In this document: piece after piece, positions 15,001-30,000 of the stretch
How the letters are laid out: every line of letters begins with the position of its first letter
How positions within the stretch are numbered: the stretch's first letter is position 1
Source of the DNA: Eledone cirrhosa
Taxonomy: Eukaryota
Reading direction: 5' to 3'
Assembly: GCA_964016885.1 (NCBI GenBank)
Contig: OZ024744.1
Coordinates: 99,262,001-99,326,000 of the forward strand
Length of the DNA: 64,000 bases
Program-made: the position numbers and the translations under genes
Notes under the pieces: model-generated
The model's database searches: none
What the model was told of the DNA's origin: nothing
What the model saw: only the letters and a program-made list of their open reading frames with translations

Positions 15001-18000
15001 TGGGAGTGGTGGTGGTTATGGTCATAGTGTTGGTGGGAGTGGCAGTGGTTATGGTCATAGTGTTGGTGGGAATGGTGGTGGTTATGGTCATAGTGTTGGT
15101 GTGAGTGGCAGTGGTGATGGTCATAGTTTTGGTGGGAGTGGTGGTGGTTATGGTCATAGTGTTGGTGGGAGTGGCAGTGGTTATGGTCATAGTGTTGGTG
15201 GGTGTGGCAGTGGTTATGGTCATAGTGTTGGTGGGAGTGGCAGTGGTTATGGTCACAGTGTTGGTGGGAGTGGCAGTGGTTATGGTCATAGTGTTGGTGG
15301 GAGTGGTGGTAGTTATGGTCATAGTGTTGGTGGGTGTGGCAGTGGCTATGCTCATAGTGTTGGTGGGAGTGGCAGTGGTTATGGTCATAGTGTTGGTGGG
15401 AGTGGCAGTGGTTATGGTCATAGTGTTGGTGGGAGTGGTGGTGGTTATGGTCATAGTGTTGGTGGGAGTGGTGGTGGTTATGGTCATAGTGTTGGTGGGA
15501 ATGGTGGTGGTTATGGTCATAGTGTTGGTGGGAGTGTTGGTGGTTATGGTCATAGTGTTGGTGGGAGTGGTGGTGGTTATGGTCATAGTGTTGGTGGGAG
15601 TGGTGGTGGTTATGGTCATAGTGTTGGTGGGAGTGGCAGTGGTTATGTTCATAGTGTTGGTGGGAATGGTGGTGGTTATGGTCATAGTGTTGGTGGGAGT
15701 GGTGGTGACTATGGTCATAGTGTTGGTGGGAGTGGTGGTGGTTATGGTCATAGTGTTGGTGGGAGTGGTGGTGGTTATGGTCATAGTGTTGGTGGGAGTG
15801 GCAGTGGTTATGGTCACAGTGTTGGTGGGAGTGGCAGTGGTTATGGTCACAGTGTTGGTGGGAGTGGCAGTGGTTATGGTCATAGTGTTGGTGGGAGTGG
15901 CAGTGGTTATGGTCATAGTGTTGGTGGGAGTGGTGGTGGTTATGGTCATAGTGTTGGTGGGAGTGGCAGTGGTTATGGTCACAGTGTTGGTGGGAGTGGC
16001 AGTGGTTATGGTCATAGTGTTGGTGGGAGTGGTGGTAGTTATGGTCATAGTGTTGGTGGGTGTGGCAGTGGCTATGCTCATAGTGTTGGTGGGAGTGGCA
16101 GTGGTTATGGTCATAGTGTTGGTGGGAGTGGCAGTGGTTATGGTCATAGTGTTGGTGGGAATGGTGGTGGTTATGGTCATAGTGTTGGTGGGAGTGGTGG
16201 TGGTTATGGTCATAGTGTTGGTGGGAGTGGTGGTGGTTATGGTCATAGTGTTGGTGGGAGTGGTGGTGGTTATGGTCATAGTGTTGGTGGGAGTGGCAGT
16301 GGCTATGGTCATAGTGTTGGTGGGAATGGTGGTGGTTATGGTCATAGTGTTGGTGGGAGTGGTGGTGGTTATGGTCATAGTGTTGGTGGGAGTGGTGGTG
16401 GTTATGGTCATAGTGTTGGTGGGAGTGGCAGTGGTTATGGTCATAGTGTTGGTGGGAGTGGTGGTGGTTATGGTCATAGTGTTGGTGGGAGTGGTGGTGG
16501 TTATGGTCATAGTGTTGGTGGGAGTGGTGGTGGTTATGGTCATAGTTTTGGTGGGAGTGGCAGTGGTTATGGTCATAGTGTTGGTGGGAATGGTGGTGGT
16601 TATAGTCATAGTATAGGTGGGAGTGGTGGTGGTTATGGTCATAGTGTTGGTGGGAGTGGTGGTGGTTATGGTCATAGTGTTGGTGGGAGTGGCAGTGGTT
16701 ATGGTCATAGTGTTGGTGGGAATGGTGGTGGTTATGGTCATAGTGTTGGTGGGAGTGGTGGTGGTTATGGTCATAGTGTTGGTGGGAGTGGTGGTGGTTA
16801 TGTTCATAGTGTTGGTGGGTGTGGCAGTGGCTATGCTCATAGTGTTGGTGGGAGTGGCAGTGGTTATGGTCATAGTGTTGGTGGGTGTGGCAGTGGCTAT
16901 GCTCATAGTGTTGGTGGGAGTGGCAGTGGTTATGGTCATAGTGTTGGTGGGTGTGGCAGTGGTTATGGTCATAGTGTTGGTGGGAGTGGCAGTGGTTATG
17001 GTCACAGTGTTGGTGGGAGTGGCAGTGGTTATGGTCATAGTGTTGGTGGGAGTGGTGGTAGTTATGGTCATAGTGTTGGTGGGTGTGGCAGTGGCTATGC
17101 TCATAGTGTTGGTGGGAGTGGCAGTGGTTATGGTCATAGTGTTGGTGGGAGTGGCAGTGGTTATGGTCATAGTGTTGGTGGGAATGGTGGTGGTTATGGT
17201 CATAGTGTTGGTGGGAGTGGTGGTGGTTATGGTCATAGTGTTGGTGGGAGTGGTGGTGGTTATGGTCATAGTGTTGGTGGGAGTGGTGGTGGTTATGGTC
17301 ATAGTGTTGGTGGGAGTGGCAGTGGTTATGTTCATAGTGTTGGTGGGAATGGTGGTGGTTATGGTCATAGTGTTGGTGGGAGTGGTGGTGGCTATGGTCA
17401 TAGTGTTGGTGGGAGTGGTGGTGGTTATGGTCATAGTGTTGGTGGGAGTGGCAGTGGTTATGGTCATAGTGTTGGTGGGAGTGGCAGTGGTTATGGTCAC
17501 AGTGTTGGTGGGAGTGGCAGTGGTTATGGTCATAGTGTTGGTGGGAGTGGTGGTAGTTATGGTCATAGTGTTGGTGGGTGTGGCAGTGGCTATGCTCTTA
17601 GTATTGGTGGGAGTGGCAGTGGTTATGGTCATAGTGTTGGTGGGAATGGTGGTGGTTATGGTCATAGTGTTGGTGGGTGTGGCAGTGGCTATGCTCATAG
17701 TGTTGGTGGGAGTGGCAGTGGTTATGGTCATAGTGTTGGTGGGTGTGGCAGTGGTTATGGTCATAGTGTTGGTGGGAGTGGCAGTGGTTATGGTCACAGT
17801 GTTGGTGGGAGTGGCAGTAGTTATGGTCATAGTGTTGGTGGGAGTGGTGGTAGTTATGGTCATAGTGTTGGTGGGTGTGGCAGTGGCTATGCTCATAGTG
17901 TTGCTGGGAGTGGCAGTGGTTATGGTCATAGTGTTGGTGGGAGTGGCAGTGGTTATGGTCATAGTGTTGGTGGGAATGGTGGTGGTTATGGTCATAGTGT

Positions 18001-21000
18001 TGGTGGGAGTGGTGGTGGTTATGGTCATAGTGTTGGTGGGAGTGGCAGTGGTTATGGTCATAGTGTTGGTGGGAGTGGTGGTGGATATGGTCATAGTGTT
18101 GGTGGGAGTGGTGGTGGTTATGGTCATAGTGTTGGTGGGAATGGTGGTGGTTATGGTCATCGTGTTGGTGGGAGTGGTGGTGTTTATGGTCATAGTGTTG
18201 GTGGGTGTGGCAGTGGTTATGGTCATAGTGTTGGTGGGAGTGGTGGTGGTTATGGTCATAGTGTTGGTGGGTGTGGCAGTGGTTATGGTCATAGTGTTGG
18301 TGGGAGTGGCAGTGGTTATGGTCATAGTGTTGGTGGGAGTGGCAGTGGTTATGGTCATAGTGTTGGTGGGAGTGGCAGTGGTTATGGTCATAGTGTTGGT
18401 GGGAGTGTTGGTGGTTATGGTCATAGTGTTGGTGGGAGTGGCAGTGGTTATGGTCATAGTTTTGGTGGGAGTGGTGGTGGTTATGGTCATAGTGTTGGTG
18501 GGAGTGGTGGTAGTTATGGTCATAGTGTTGGTGGGAGTGGCAGTGGTTATGGTCATAGTGTTGGTGGGAGTGGCAGTGGTTATGGCCATAGTGTTGGTGG
18601 GAGTGGTGGTGGTTATGGTCATAGTGTTGGTGGGAGTGGTGGTGGTTATGGTCATAGTGTTGGTGGGAGTGGCAGTGGTTATGGTCATAGTGTTGGTGGG
18701 AGTGGTGGTGGTTATGGTCATAGTGTTGGTGGGAGTGGTGGTGGTTATGGTCATAGTGTTGGTGGGAGTGGTGGTGGTTATGGTCATAGTGTTGGTGGGA
18801 GTGGTGGTGGTTATGGTCATAGTGTTGGTGGGAGTGGTGGTGGTTATGGTCATATTGTTGGTGGGAGTGGTGGTGGTTATGGTCATAGTGTTGGTGGGAG
18901 TGGTGGTGGTTATGGTCATAGTGTTGGTGGGAGTGGTGGTGGTTATGGTCATAGTGTTGGTGGGAGTGGCAGTGGTTATGGTCATAGTGTTGGTGGGAGT
19001 GGTGGTGGTTATGGTCATAGTGTTGGTGGGAGTGGTGGTGGTTATGGTCATAGTGTTGGTGGGAGTGGCAGTGGTTATGGTCATAGTGTTGGTGGGAGTG
19101 GCAGTGGTTATGGTCATAGTGTTGGTGGGAGTGGTGGTGGTTATGGTCATAGAGTTGGTGGGAGTGGCAGTGGTTATGGTCATAGTGTTGGTGGGAGTGG
19201 TGGTGGTTATGGTCATAGAGTTGGTGGGAGTGGCAGTGGTTATGGTCATAGTGTTGGTGGGAGTGGTGGTGGTTATGGTCATAGTGTTGGTGGGAGTGGC
19301 AGTGGTTATGGTCATAGTGTTGGTGGGAGTGGTGGTGGTTATGGTCATAGTGTTGTGGGAGTGGCAGTGGTTATGGTCATGGTGTTGGTGGGAGTGGCAG
19401 TGGTTATGGTCATAGTGTTGGTGGGAGTGGCAGTGGTTATGGTCATAGTGTTGGTGGGAGTGGCATTGGTTATGGTCATAGTGTTGGTGGGAGTGGTGGT
19501 GGTTATGGTCATAGAGTTGGTGGGAGTGGCAGTGGTTATGGTCATAGTGTTGGTGGGAGTGGTGGTGGTTATGGTCATAGTGTTGGTGGGAGTGGTGGTG
19601 GTTATGGTCATAGTGTTGGTGGGTGTGGTGGTGGTTATGGTCATAGTGTTGGTGGGAGTGGCAGTGGTTATGGTCATAGTGTTGGTGGGAGTGGCAGTGG
19701 TTATGGTCATAGTGTTGGTGGGAGTGGTGGTGGTTATGGTCATAGTGTTGTGGGAGTGGCAGTGGTTATGGTCATGGTGTTGGTGGGAGTGGCAGTGGTT
19801 ATGGTCATAGTGTTGGTGGGAGTGGCAGTGGTTATGGTCATAGTGTTGGTGGGAGTGGCATTGGTTATGGTCATAGTGTTGGTGGTGTGGTGGTGGTTAT
19901 GGTCATAGTGTTGGTGGGAGTGGCAGTGGTTATGGTCATAGTGTTGGTGGGAGTGGTGGTGGTTATGGTCATAGTGTTGGTGGGAGTGGCAGTGGTTATG
20001 GTCATAGTGTTGGTGGGAGTGGCAGTGGTTATGGTCATAGTGCTGGTGGGAGTGGCAGTGGTTATGGTCATAGTGTTGGTGGGAGTGGCAGTGGTTATGG
20101 TCATAGTGTTGGTGGGAGTGGCAGTGGTTATGGTCATAGTGTTGGTGGTGTGGTGGTGGTTATGGTCATAGTGTTGGTGGGAGTGGCAGTGGTTATGGTC
20201 ATAGTGTTGGTGGGAGTGGTGGTGGTTATGGTCATAGTGTTGGTGGGAGTGGCAGTGGTTATGGTCATAGTGTTGGTGGGAGTGGTGGTGGTTATGGTCA
20301 TAGTGTTGGTGGGAGTGGCAGTGGTTATGGTCATAGTGTTGGTGGGAGTGGCAGTGGTTATGGTCTTAGTGTTGGTGGGAGTGGTGGTGGTTCTGGTGAT
20401 AGTGTTGGTGGGAGTGGCAGTGGTTATGGTCATAGTGTTGGTGGGAGTGGTGGTGGTTATGGTCATAGTATTGGTGGGAGTGGCAGTGGTTATGGTCATA
20501 GTGTTGGTGGAAGTGGCAGTGGTTATGGTCATAGTGTTGGTGGGAGTGGCAGTGGTTATGGTCAAAGTGTTGGTGGGAGTGGCATTGGTTATGGTCATGG
20601 TGTTGGTGGGAGTGGCAGTGGTTATGGTCATAGTGTTGGTGGGAGTGGCAGTGGTTATGGTCATAGTGTTGGTGGGAGTGGTGGTGGTTATGGTCATAGT
20701 GTTGGTGGGAGTGGTGGTGGTTATGGTCATAGTGTTGGTGGAAGTGGCAGTGGTTATGGTCATGGTGTTGGTGGGAGTGGCAGTGGTTATGGTCAAAGTG
20801 TTGGTGGGAGTGGCATTGGTTATGGTCATAGTGTTGGTGGGAGTGGCAGTGGTTATGGTCATAGTGTTGGTGGGAGTGGCAGTGGTTATGGTCAAAGTGT
20901 TGGTGGGAGTGGCATTGGTTATGGTCATAGTGTTGGTGGGAGTGGCAGTGGTTATGGTCATAGTGTTGGTGGGAGTGGCAGTGGTTATGGTCATAGTGTT

Positions 21001-24000
21001 GGTGGGAGTGGTGGTGGTTATGGTCATAGTGTTGGTGGGAGTGGTGGTGGTTATGGTCATAGTGTTGGTGGAAGTGGCAGTGGTTATGGTCATGGTGTTG
21101 GTGGGAGTGGCAGTGGTTATGGTCAAAGTGTTGGTGGGAGTGGCATTGGTTATGGTCATGGTGTTGGTGGGAGTGGCAGTGGTTATGGTCATAGTGTTGG
21201 TGGGAGTGGCAGTGGTTATGGTCATAGTGTTGGTGGGAGTGGCAGTGGTTATGGTCATAGTGTTGGTGGGAGTGGTGGTGGTTATGGTCATAGTGTTGGT
21301 GGGAGTGGTGGTGGTTATGGTCATAGTGTTGGTGGGAGTGGCAGTGGTTATGGTCATAGTGTTGGTGGGAGTGGTGGTGGTTATGGTCATAGTGTTGGTG
21401 GGAGTGGCGGTGGTTATGGTCATAGTGTTGGTGGGAGTGGCAGTGGTTATGGTCATAGTGTTGGTGAGAGTGGTGGTGGTTATGGTCATAGTGTTGGTGG
21501 GAGTTGCAGTGGTTATGGTCATAGTGTTGGTGAGAGTGGTGGTGGTTATGGTCATAGTGTTGGTGGGAGTGGTGGTGGTTATGGTCATAGTGTTAGTGGG
21601 AGTGGCAGTGGTTATGGTCATAGTGTTGGTGGGAGTGGTGGTGGTTATGGTCATAGTGTTGGTTGGAGGGGCGGTGGTTATGGTGATAGTGTTGGTGGGA
21701 GTGGCAGTGGTTATGGTCATAGTGTTGGTGGGAGTGGTGGTGGTTATGGTCATAGTGTTGGTGGGAGTGGTGGTGGTTATGGTCATAGTGTTGGTGGGAG
21801 TGGTGGTGGTTATGATCATAGTGTTGGTGGGAGTGGTGGTGGTTATGGTCATAGTGTTGGTGGGAGTGGCAATGGTTATGGTCATAGTGTTGGTGGGAGC
21901 GGCAGTGGTTATGGTCGTAGTGTTGGTGGGAGTGGCAGTGGTTATTGTCATAGTGTTGGTGGGAGTGGTAGTGGTTATGGTTGTAGTGTTGGTTGGAGTG
22001 GTGGTGGTTATGGTCATAGTGTTGGTGGGAGTTGTGGTGGTTATGGTCGTAGTGTTGGTGGGAGTGGCAGTGGTTATTGTCATAGTGTTGGTGGGAGTGG
22101 TGGTGGTTATGGTTGTAGTGTTGGTTGGAGTGGCGGTGGTTATGGTTGTAGTGTTGGTGGGAGTGGTGGTGGTAATAGTTGTAGTGTTGGTTGGAGTGGT
22201 GGTGGTTATGGTCATAGTGTTGGTGCGAGTGTTGGTGGGAGTGGCAGTGGTCATGGTCATAGTGCTGGTGGGTGTGGCAGTGGTTATGGTCATAGTGTTG
22301 GTGGGAGTGGTAGTGGTTATGGTCATAGTGTTGGTGGGAGTGGCAGTGGTTATGGTCATAGTGTTGGTGGGAGTGGCAGTGGTTATGGTCATAGTGTTGG
22401 TGGGAGTGGCAGTGGTTATGGTCGTAGTGTTGGTGGGTGTGGCAGTGGTTATGGTCATAATGTTGGTGGGAATGGTGGTGGTTATGGTCATAGTGTTGGT
22501 GGGAGTGGTGGTGGTTATGGTCGTAGTGTTGGTGGGAGTGGCAGTGGTTATGGTCATAGTGTTGGTGGGAGTGGCAGTGGTTATGGTCATAGTGTTGGTG
22601 GGAGTGGTGGTGGTTATGGTCATAGTGTTGGTGGGAGTGGCAGTGGTTATGGTCATAGTGTTGGTGGGAGTGGCAGTGGTTATGGTCATAGTGTTGGTGG
22701 GAGTGGTGGTGGTTATGGTCGTAGTGTTGGTGGGAGTGGTGGTGGTTATGGTCATAGTGTTGGTGGGAGTGGCAGTGGTTATGGTCATAGTGTTGTTGGG
22801 TGTGGCAGTGGTTATGGTCATAGTGTTGGTGGGAGTGGTGGTGGTTATGGTCATAGTGTTGGTGGGAGTGGTGGTGGTTATGGTCATAGTGTTGGTGGGA
22901 GTGGCAGTGGTTATGGTCATAGTGTTGGTGGGAGTGGCAGTGGTTATGGTCATAGTGTTGGTGGGAGTGGTGGTGGTTATGGTCATGGTGTTGGTGGGAG
23001 TGGTGGTGGTTATGGTCATAGTGTTGGTGGGAGTGGCAGTGGTTATGGTCATAGTGTTGGTGGGAGTGGCAGTGGTTATGGTCGTAGTGTTGGTGGGTGT
23101 GGCAGTGGTTATGGTCATAGTGTTGGTGGGTGTGGCAGTGGTTATGGTCATAGTGTTGGTGGGAGTGGTGGTGGTTATGGTCATAGTGTTGGTGGGAGTG
23201 GCAGTGGTTATGGTCATAGTGTTGGTGGGAGTGGCAGTGGTTATGGTCGTAGTGTTGGTGGGTGTGGCAGTGGTTATGGTCATAGTGTTGGTGGGTGTGG
23301 CAGTGGTTATGGTCATAGTGTTGCTGGGAGTGGTGGTGGTTATGGTCATAGTGTTGGTGGGAGTGGTGGTGGTTATGGTCATAGTGTTGGTGGGAGTGGC
23401 AGTGGTTATGGTCATGGTGTTGGTGGGAGTGGTGGTGGTTATGGTCATAGTGTTGGTGGGAGTGGCAGTGGTTATGGTCATAGTGTTGGTGGGAGTGGCA
23501 GTGGTTATGGTCGTAGTGTTGGTGGGTGTGGCAGTGGTTATGGTCATAGTGTTGGTGGGTGTGGCAGTGGTTATGGTCATAGTGTTGGTGGGAGTGGTGG
23601 TGGTTATGGTCATAGTGTTGGTGGGAGTGGTGGTGGTTATGGTCATAGTGTTGGTGGGAGTGGCAGTGGTTATGGTCATAGTGTTGGTGGGAGTGGTGGT
23701 GGTTATGGTCATAGTGTTGGTGGGAGTGGTGGTGGTTATGGTCATAGTGTTGGTGGGAGTGGTGGTGGTTATGGTCATAGTGTTGGTGGTGTGGTGGTGG
23801 TTATGGTCATAGTGTTGGTGGGAGTGGTGGTGGTTATGGTCATAGTGTTGGTGGGAGTGGTGGTGGTTATGGTCATAGTGTTGGTGGTGTGGTGGTGGTT
23901 ATGGTCATAGTGTTGGTGGGAGTGGTGGTGGTTATGGTCATAGTGTTGGTGGGAGTGGCAGTGGTTATGGTCATAGTGTTGGTGGGAGTGGCAGTGGTTA

Positions 24001-27000
24001 TGGTCATAGTGTTGGTGGGTGTGGCAGTGGTTATGGTCATAGTGTTGGTGGGAGTGGTGGTGGTTATGGTCATAGTGTTGGTGGGAGTGGCAGTGGTTAT
24101 GGTCATAGTGTTGGTGTGATTGGCAGTGGTTATGGTCATAGTGTTGGTGGGAGTGGTGGTGGTTATGGTCATAGTGTTGGTGGGAGTGGTGGTGGTTATG
24201 GTCATAGTGTTGGTGGGAGTGGCAGTGGTTATGGTCATAGTGTTGGTGTGAGTGGCAGTGGTTATGGTCATAGTGTTGGTGGGAGTGGCAGTGGTTATGG
24301 TCATAGTGTTGGTGGGAGTGGTGGTGGTTATGGTCATAGTGTTGGTGGGAGTGGCAGTGGTTATGGTCATAGTGTTGGTGTGAGTGGCAGTGGTTATGGT
24401 CATAGTGTTGGTGGGAGTGGCAGTGGTTATGGTCATAGTGTTGGTGGGAGTGGTGGTGGTTATGGTCATAGTGTTGGTGGGAATGGCAGTGGTTATGGTC
24501 ATAGTGTTGGTGGGAGTGGCAGTGGTTATGGTCATAGTGTTGGTGGGAGTGGTGGTGGTTATGGTCATAGTGTTGGTGGGAGTGGTGGTGGTTATGGTCA
24601 TAGTGTTGGTGGGAGTGGCAGTGGTTATGGTCATAGTGTTGGTGGGAGTGGCAGTGGTTATGGTCATAGTGTTGGTGTGAGTGGCAGTGGTTATGGTCAT
24701 AGTGTTGGTGGGAGTGGTGGTGGTTATGGTCATAGTGTTGGTGGGAGTGGCAGTGGTTATGGTCATAGTGTTGGTGGGAGTGGCAGTGGTTATGGTCATA
24801 GTGTTGGTGGGAGTGGTGGTGGTTATGGTCATAGTGTTGGTGTGAGTGGCAGTGGTTATGGTCATAGTGTTGGTGGGAGTGGTGGTGGTTATGGTCATAG
24901 TCTTGGTGAGTGTGGCAGTGGTTATGGTCATAGTGTTGGTGGGAGTGGCAGTGGTTATGGTCATAGGGTTGGTGGGAGTGGCAGTGGTTATGGTCATAGT
25001 GTTGGTGGGAGTGGCAGTGGTTATGGTCATAGTGTTGGTGGGAGTGGCAGTGGTTATGGTCATAGTGTTGGTGGGAGTGGCAGTGGTTATGGTCATAGTG
25101 TTGGTGGGAGTGGCAGTGGTTATGGTCATAGTGTTGGTGGTTGTGGCAGTGGTTATGGTCATAGTGTTGGTGGGAGTGGCAGTGGTTATGGTCATAGTGT
25201 TGGTGGGAGTGGTAGTGGTTATGGTCATAGTGTTGGTGGGAGTGGTAGTGGTTATGGTCATAGTGTTGGTGGGAGTGGTAGTGGTTATGGTCATAGTGTT
25301 GGTGGGAGTGGCAGTGGTTATGGTCATAGTGTTGGTGGGAGTGGCAGTGGTTATGGTCATAGTGTTGGTGAGAGTGGCGGTGGTTATGGTCATAGTGTTG
25401 GTGGGAGTGGTAGTGGTTATGGTCATAGTGTTGGTGGGAGTGGCAGTGGTTATGGTCATAGTGTTGGTGGGTGTGGTGGTGGTTATGGTCATAGTGTTGG
25501 TGGGAGTGGTGGTGGTTATGGTCATAGTGTTGGTGGGAGTGGTGGTGGTTATGGTCATAGTGTTGGTGGGAGTGGCAGTGGTTATGGTCATAGTGTTGGT
25601 GGGTGTGGTGGTGGTTATGGTCATAGTGTTGGTGGGAGTGGTGGTGGTTATGGTCATAGTGTTGGTGGGAGTGGTGGTGGTTATGGTCATAGTGTTGGTG
25701 GGAGTGGCAGTGGTTATGGTCATAGTGTTGGTGGGTGTGGTGGTGGTTATGGTCATAGTGTTGGTGGGAGTGGTGGTGGTTATGGTCATAGTGTTGGTGG
25801 GAGTGGTGGTGGTTATGGTCATAGTGTTGGTGGTAGTGGCAGTGGTTATGGTCATAGTGTTGGTGGGTGTGGTGGTGGTTATGGTCATAGTGTTGGTGGG
25901 AGTGGTGGTGGTTATGGTCATAGTGTTGGTGGGAGTGGCAGTGGTTATGGTCATAGTGTTGGTGGGAGTGGCAGTGGTTATGGTCATAGTGTTGGTGGGA
26001 GTGGCAGTGGTTATGGTCATAGTGTTGGTGGGAGTGGCAGTGGTTATGGTCATAGTGTTGGTGGGTGTGGCAGTGGTTATGGTCATAGTGTTGGTGGGAG
26101 TGGTGGTGGTTATGGTCATAGTGTTGGTGGAAGTGGTGGTGGTTATGGTCATAGTGTTGGTGGAAGTGGTGGTGGTTATGGTCATAGTGTTGGTGGGTGT
26201 GGCAGTGGCTATGCTCATAGTGTTGGTGGGAGTGGCAGTGGTTATGGTCATAGTGTTGGTGGGAGTGGCAGTGGTTATGGTCATAGTGTTGGTGGGTGTG
26301 GCAGTGGTTATGGTCATAGTGTTGGTGGGAGTGGTGGTGGTTATGGTCATAGTGTTGGTGGAAGTGGTGGTGGTTATGGTCATAGTGTTGGTGGGTGTGG
26401 CAGTGGCTATGCTCATAGTGTTGGTGGGAGTGGTGGTGGTTATGGTCATAGTGTTGGTGGGAGTGGTGGTGGTTATGGTCATAGTGTTGGTGGGAGTGGC
26501 AGTGGTTATGCTCATAGTGTTGGTGGGAGTGGCAGTGGTTATGGTCATAGTGTTGGTGGGAGTGGCAGTGGTTATGGTCATAGTGTTGGTGGGTGTGGCA
26601 GTGGTTATGGTCATAGTGTTGGTGGGAGTGGTGGTGGTTATGGTCATAGTGTTGGTGGAAGTGGTGGTGGTTATGGTCATAGTGTTGGTGGGTGTGGCAG
26701 TGGCTATGCTCATAGTGTTGGTGGGAGTGGCAGTGGTTATGGTCATAGTGTTGGTGGGAGTGGCAGTGGTTATGGTCATAGTGTTGGTGGGTGTGGCAGT
26801 GGTTATGGTCATAGTGTTGGTGGGAGTGGTGGTGGTTATGGTCATAGTGTTGGTGGAAGTGGTGGTGGTTATGGTCATAGTGTTGGTGGGTGTGGCAGTG
26901 GCTATGCTCATAGTGTTGGTGGGAGTGGCAGTGGTTATGGTCATAGTGTTGGTGGGAGTGGTGGTGGTTATGGTCATAGTGTTGGTGGGTGTGGCAGTGG

Positions 27001-30000
27001 CTATGCTCATAGTGTTGGTGGGAGTGGCAGTGGTTATGGTCATAGTGTTGGTGGGAGTGGCAGTGGTTATGGTCATAGTGTTGGTGGGAGTGGTGGTGGT
27101 TATGGTCATAGTGTTGGTGGGAATGGTGGTGGTTATGGTCATAGTGTTGGTGTGAGTGGCAGTGGTTATGGTCATAGTGTTGGTGGGAGTGGTGGTGGTT
27201 ATGGTCATAGTGTTGGTGGGAGTGGCAGTGGTTATGGTCATAGTGTTGGTGGGTGTGGCAGTGGTTATGGTCATAGTGTTGGTGGGAGTGGCAGTGGTTA
27301 TGGTCACAGTGTTGGTGGGAGTGGCAGTGGTTATGGTCATAGTGTTGGTGGGAGTGGTGGTAGTTATGGTCATAGTTTTGGTGGGTGTGGCAGTGGCTAT
27401 GCTCATAGTGTTGGTGGGAGTGGCAGTGGTTATGGTCATAGTGTTGGTGGGAGTGGCAGTGGTTATGGTCATAGTGTTGGTGGGAATGGTGGTGGTTATG
27501 GTCATAGTGTTGGTGGGAGTGGTGTTGGTTATGGTCATAGTGTTGGTGGGAGTGGTGGTGGTTATGGTCATAGTGTTGGTGGGAGTGGCGGTGGTTATGG
27601 TCATATTGTTGGTGGGAGTGGTGGTGGTTATGGTCATAGTGTTGGTGGGAGTGGTGGTGGTTATGGTCATAGTGTTGGTGGGAGTGGCAGTGGTTATGGT
27701 CATAGTGTTGGTGGGAGTGGTGGTGGTTATGGTCATAGTGTTGGTGGGAGTGGCAGTGGTTATGGTCATAGTGTTGGTGGGAATGGTGGTGGTTATGGTC
27801 ATAGTGTTGGTGTGAGTGGCAGTGGTTATGGTCATAGTTTTGGTGGGAGTGGTGGTGGTTATGGTCATAGTGTTGGTGGGAGTGGCAGTGGTTATGGTCA
27901 TAGTGTTGGTGGGTGTGGCAGTGGTTATGGTCATAGTGTTGGTGGGAGTGGCAGTGGTTATGGTCACAGTGTTGGTGGGAGTGGCAGTGGTTATGGTCAT
28001 AGTGTTGGTGGGAGTGGTGGTAGTTATGGTCATAGTGTTGGTGGGTGTGGCAGTGGCTATGCTCATAGTGTTGGTGGGAGTGGCAGTGGTTATGGTCATA
28101 GTGTTGGTGGGAGTGGCAGTGGTTATGGTCATAGTGTTGGTGGGAGTGGTGGTGGTTATGGTCATAGTGTTGGTGGGAGTGGTGGTGGTTATGGTCATAG
28201 TGTTGGTGGGAATGGTGGTGGTTATGGTCATAGTGTTGGTGGGAGTGGTGGTGGCTATGGTCATAGTGTTGGTGGGAGTGGTGGTGGTTATGGACATAGT
28301 GTTGGTGGGAGTGGCAGTGGTTATGGTCATAGTGTTGGTCGGAATGGTGGTGGTTATGGTCATAGTGTTGGTGGGAGTGGTGGTGGTTATGGTCATAGTG
28401 TTGGTGGGAGTGGCAGTGGTTATGGTCATAGTGTTGGTGGGAGTGGTAGTGGTTATGGTCATAGTGTTGGTGGGAGTGGCAGTGGTTATGGTCATAGTGT
28501 TGGTGGGTGTGGCAGTGGCTATGCTCATAGTGTTGGTGGGAGTGGTGGTAGTTATGGTCATAGTGTTGGTGGGTGTGGCAGTGGCTATGCTCATAGTGTT
28601 GGTGGGAGTGGCAGTGGTTATGGTCATAGTGTTGGTGGGAGTGGCAGTGGTTATGGTCATAGTGTTGGTGGGAATGGTGGTGGTTATGGTCATAGTGTTG
28701 GTGGGAGTGGTGGTGGATATGGTCATAGTGTTGGTGGGAGTGGTGGTGGTTATGGTCATAGTGTTGGTGGGAGTGGTGGTGGTTATGGTCATAGTGTTGG
28801 TGGGAGTGGCAGTGGCTATGGTCATAGTGTTGGTGGGAATGGTGGTGGTTATGGTCATAGTGTTGGTGGGAGTGGTGGTGGTTATGGTCATAGTGTTGGT
28901 GGGAGTGGTGGTGGTTATGGGCATAGTGTTGGTGGGAGTGGCAGTGGTTATGGTCATAGTGTTGGTGGGAGTGGTGGTGGTTATGGTCATAGTGTTGGTG
29001 GGAGTGGTGGTGGTTATGGTCATAGTGTTGGTGGGAGTGGTGGTGGTTATGGTCATAGTGTTGGTGGGAGTGGCAGTGGTTATGGTCATAGTGTTGGTGG
29101 GAATGGTGGTGGTTATAGTCATAGTGTTGGTGGGAATGGTGGTGGTTATGGTCATAGTGTTGGTGGGAGTGGTGGTGGTTATGGTCATAGTGTTGGTGGG
29201 AGTGGTGGTGGTTATGGTCATAGTGTTGGTGGGAGTGGTGGTGGTTATGGTCATAGTGTTGGTGGGAGTGGCAGTGGCTATGGTCATAGTGTTGGTGGGA
29301 ATGGTGGTGGTTATGGTCATAGTGTTGGTGGGAGTGGTGGTGGTTATGGTCATAGTGTTGGTGGGAGTGGTGGTGGTTATGGTCATAGTGTTGGTGGGAG
29401 TGGCAGTGGTTATGGTCATAGTGTTGGTGGGAATGGTGGTGGTTATGGTCATAGTGTTGGTGGGAGTGGTGGTGGTTATGGTCATAGTGTTGGTGGGTGT
29501 GGCAGTGGCTATGCTCATAGTGTTGGTGGGAGTGGCAGTGGTCATGCTCATAGTGTTGGTGGGTGTGGCAGTGGTTATGGTCATAGTGTTGGTGGGAGTG
29601 GCAGTGGTTATGGTCACAGTGTTGGTGGGAGTGGCAGTGGTTATGGTCATAGTGTTGGGTGGAGTGGTGGTAGTTATGGTCATAGTGTTGGTGGGTGTGG
29701 CAGTGGCTATGCTCATAGTGTTGGTGGGAGTGGTGGTGGTTATGGTCATAGTGTTGGTGGGAGTGGCAGTGGTTATGGTCATAGTGTTGGTGGGAGTGGT
29801 GGTGGTTATGTTGATAGTGTTGGTGGGAGTGGTGGTGGTTATGGTCATAGTGTTGGTGGGTGTGGCAGTGGCTATGCTCATAGTGTTGGTGGGAGTGGCA
29901 GTGGTCATGGTCATAGTGTTGGTGAGAGTGGCAGTGGTTATGGTCATAGTGTTGGTGGGAATGGTGGTGGTTATGGTCATAGTGTTGGTGGGAGTGGTGG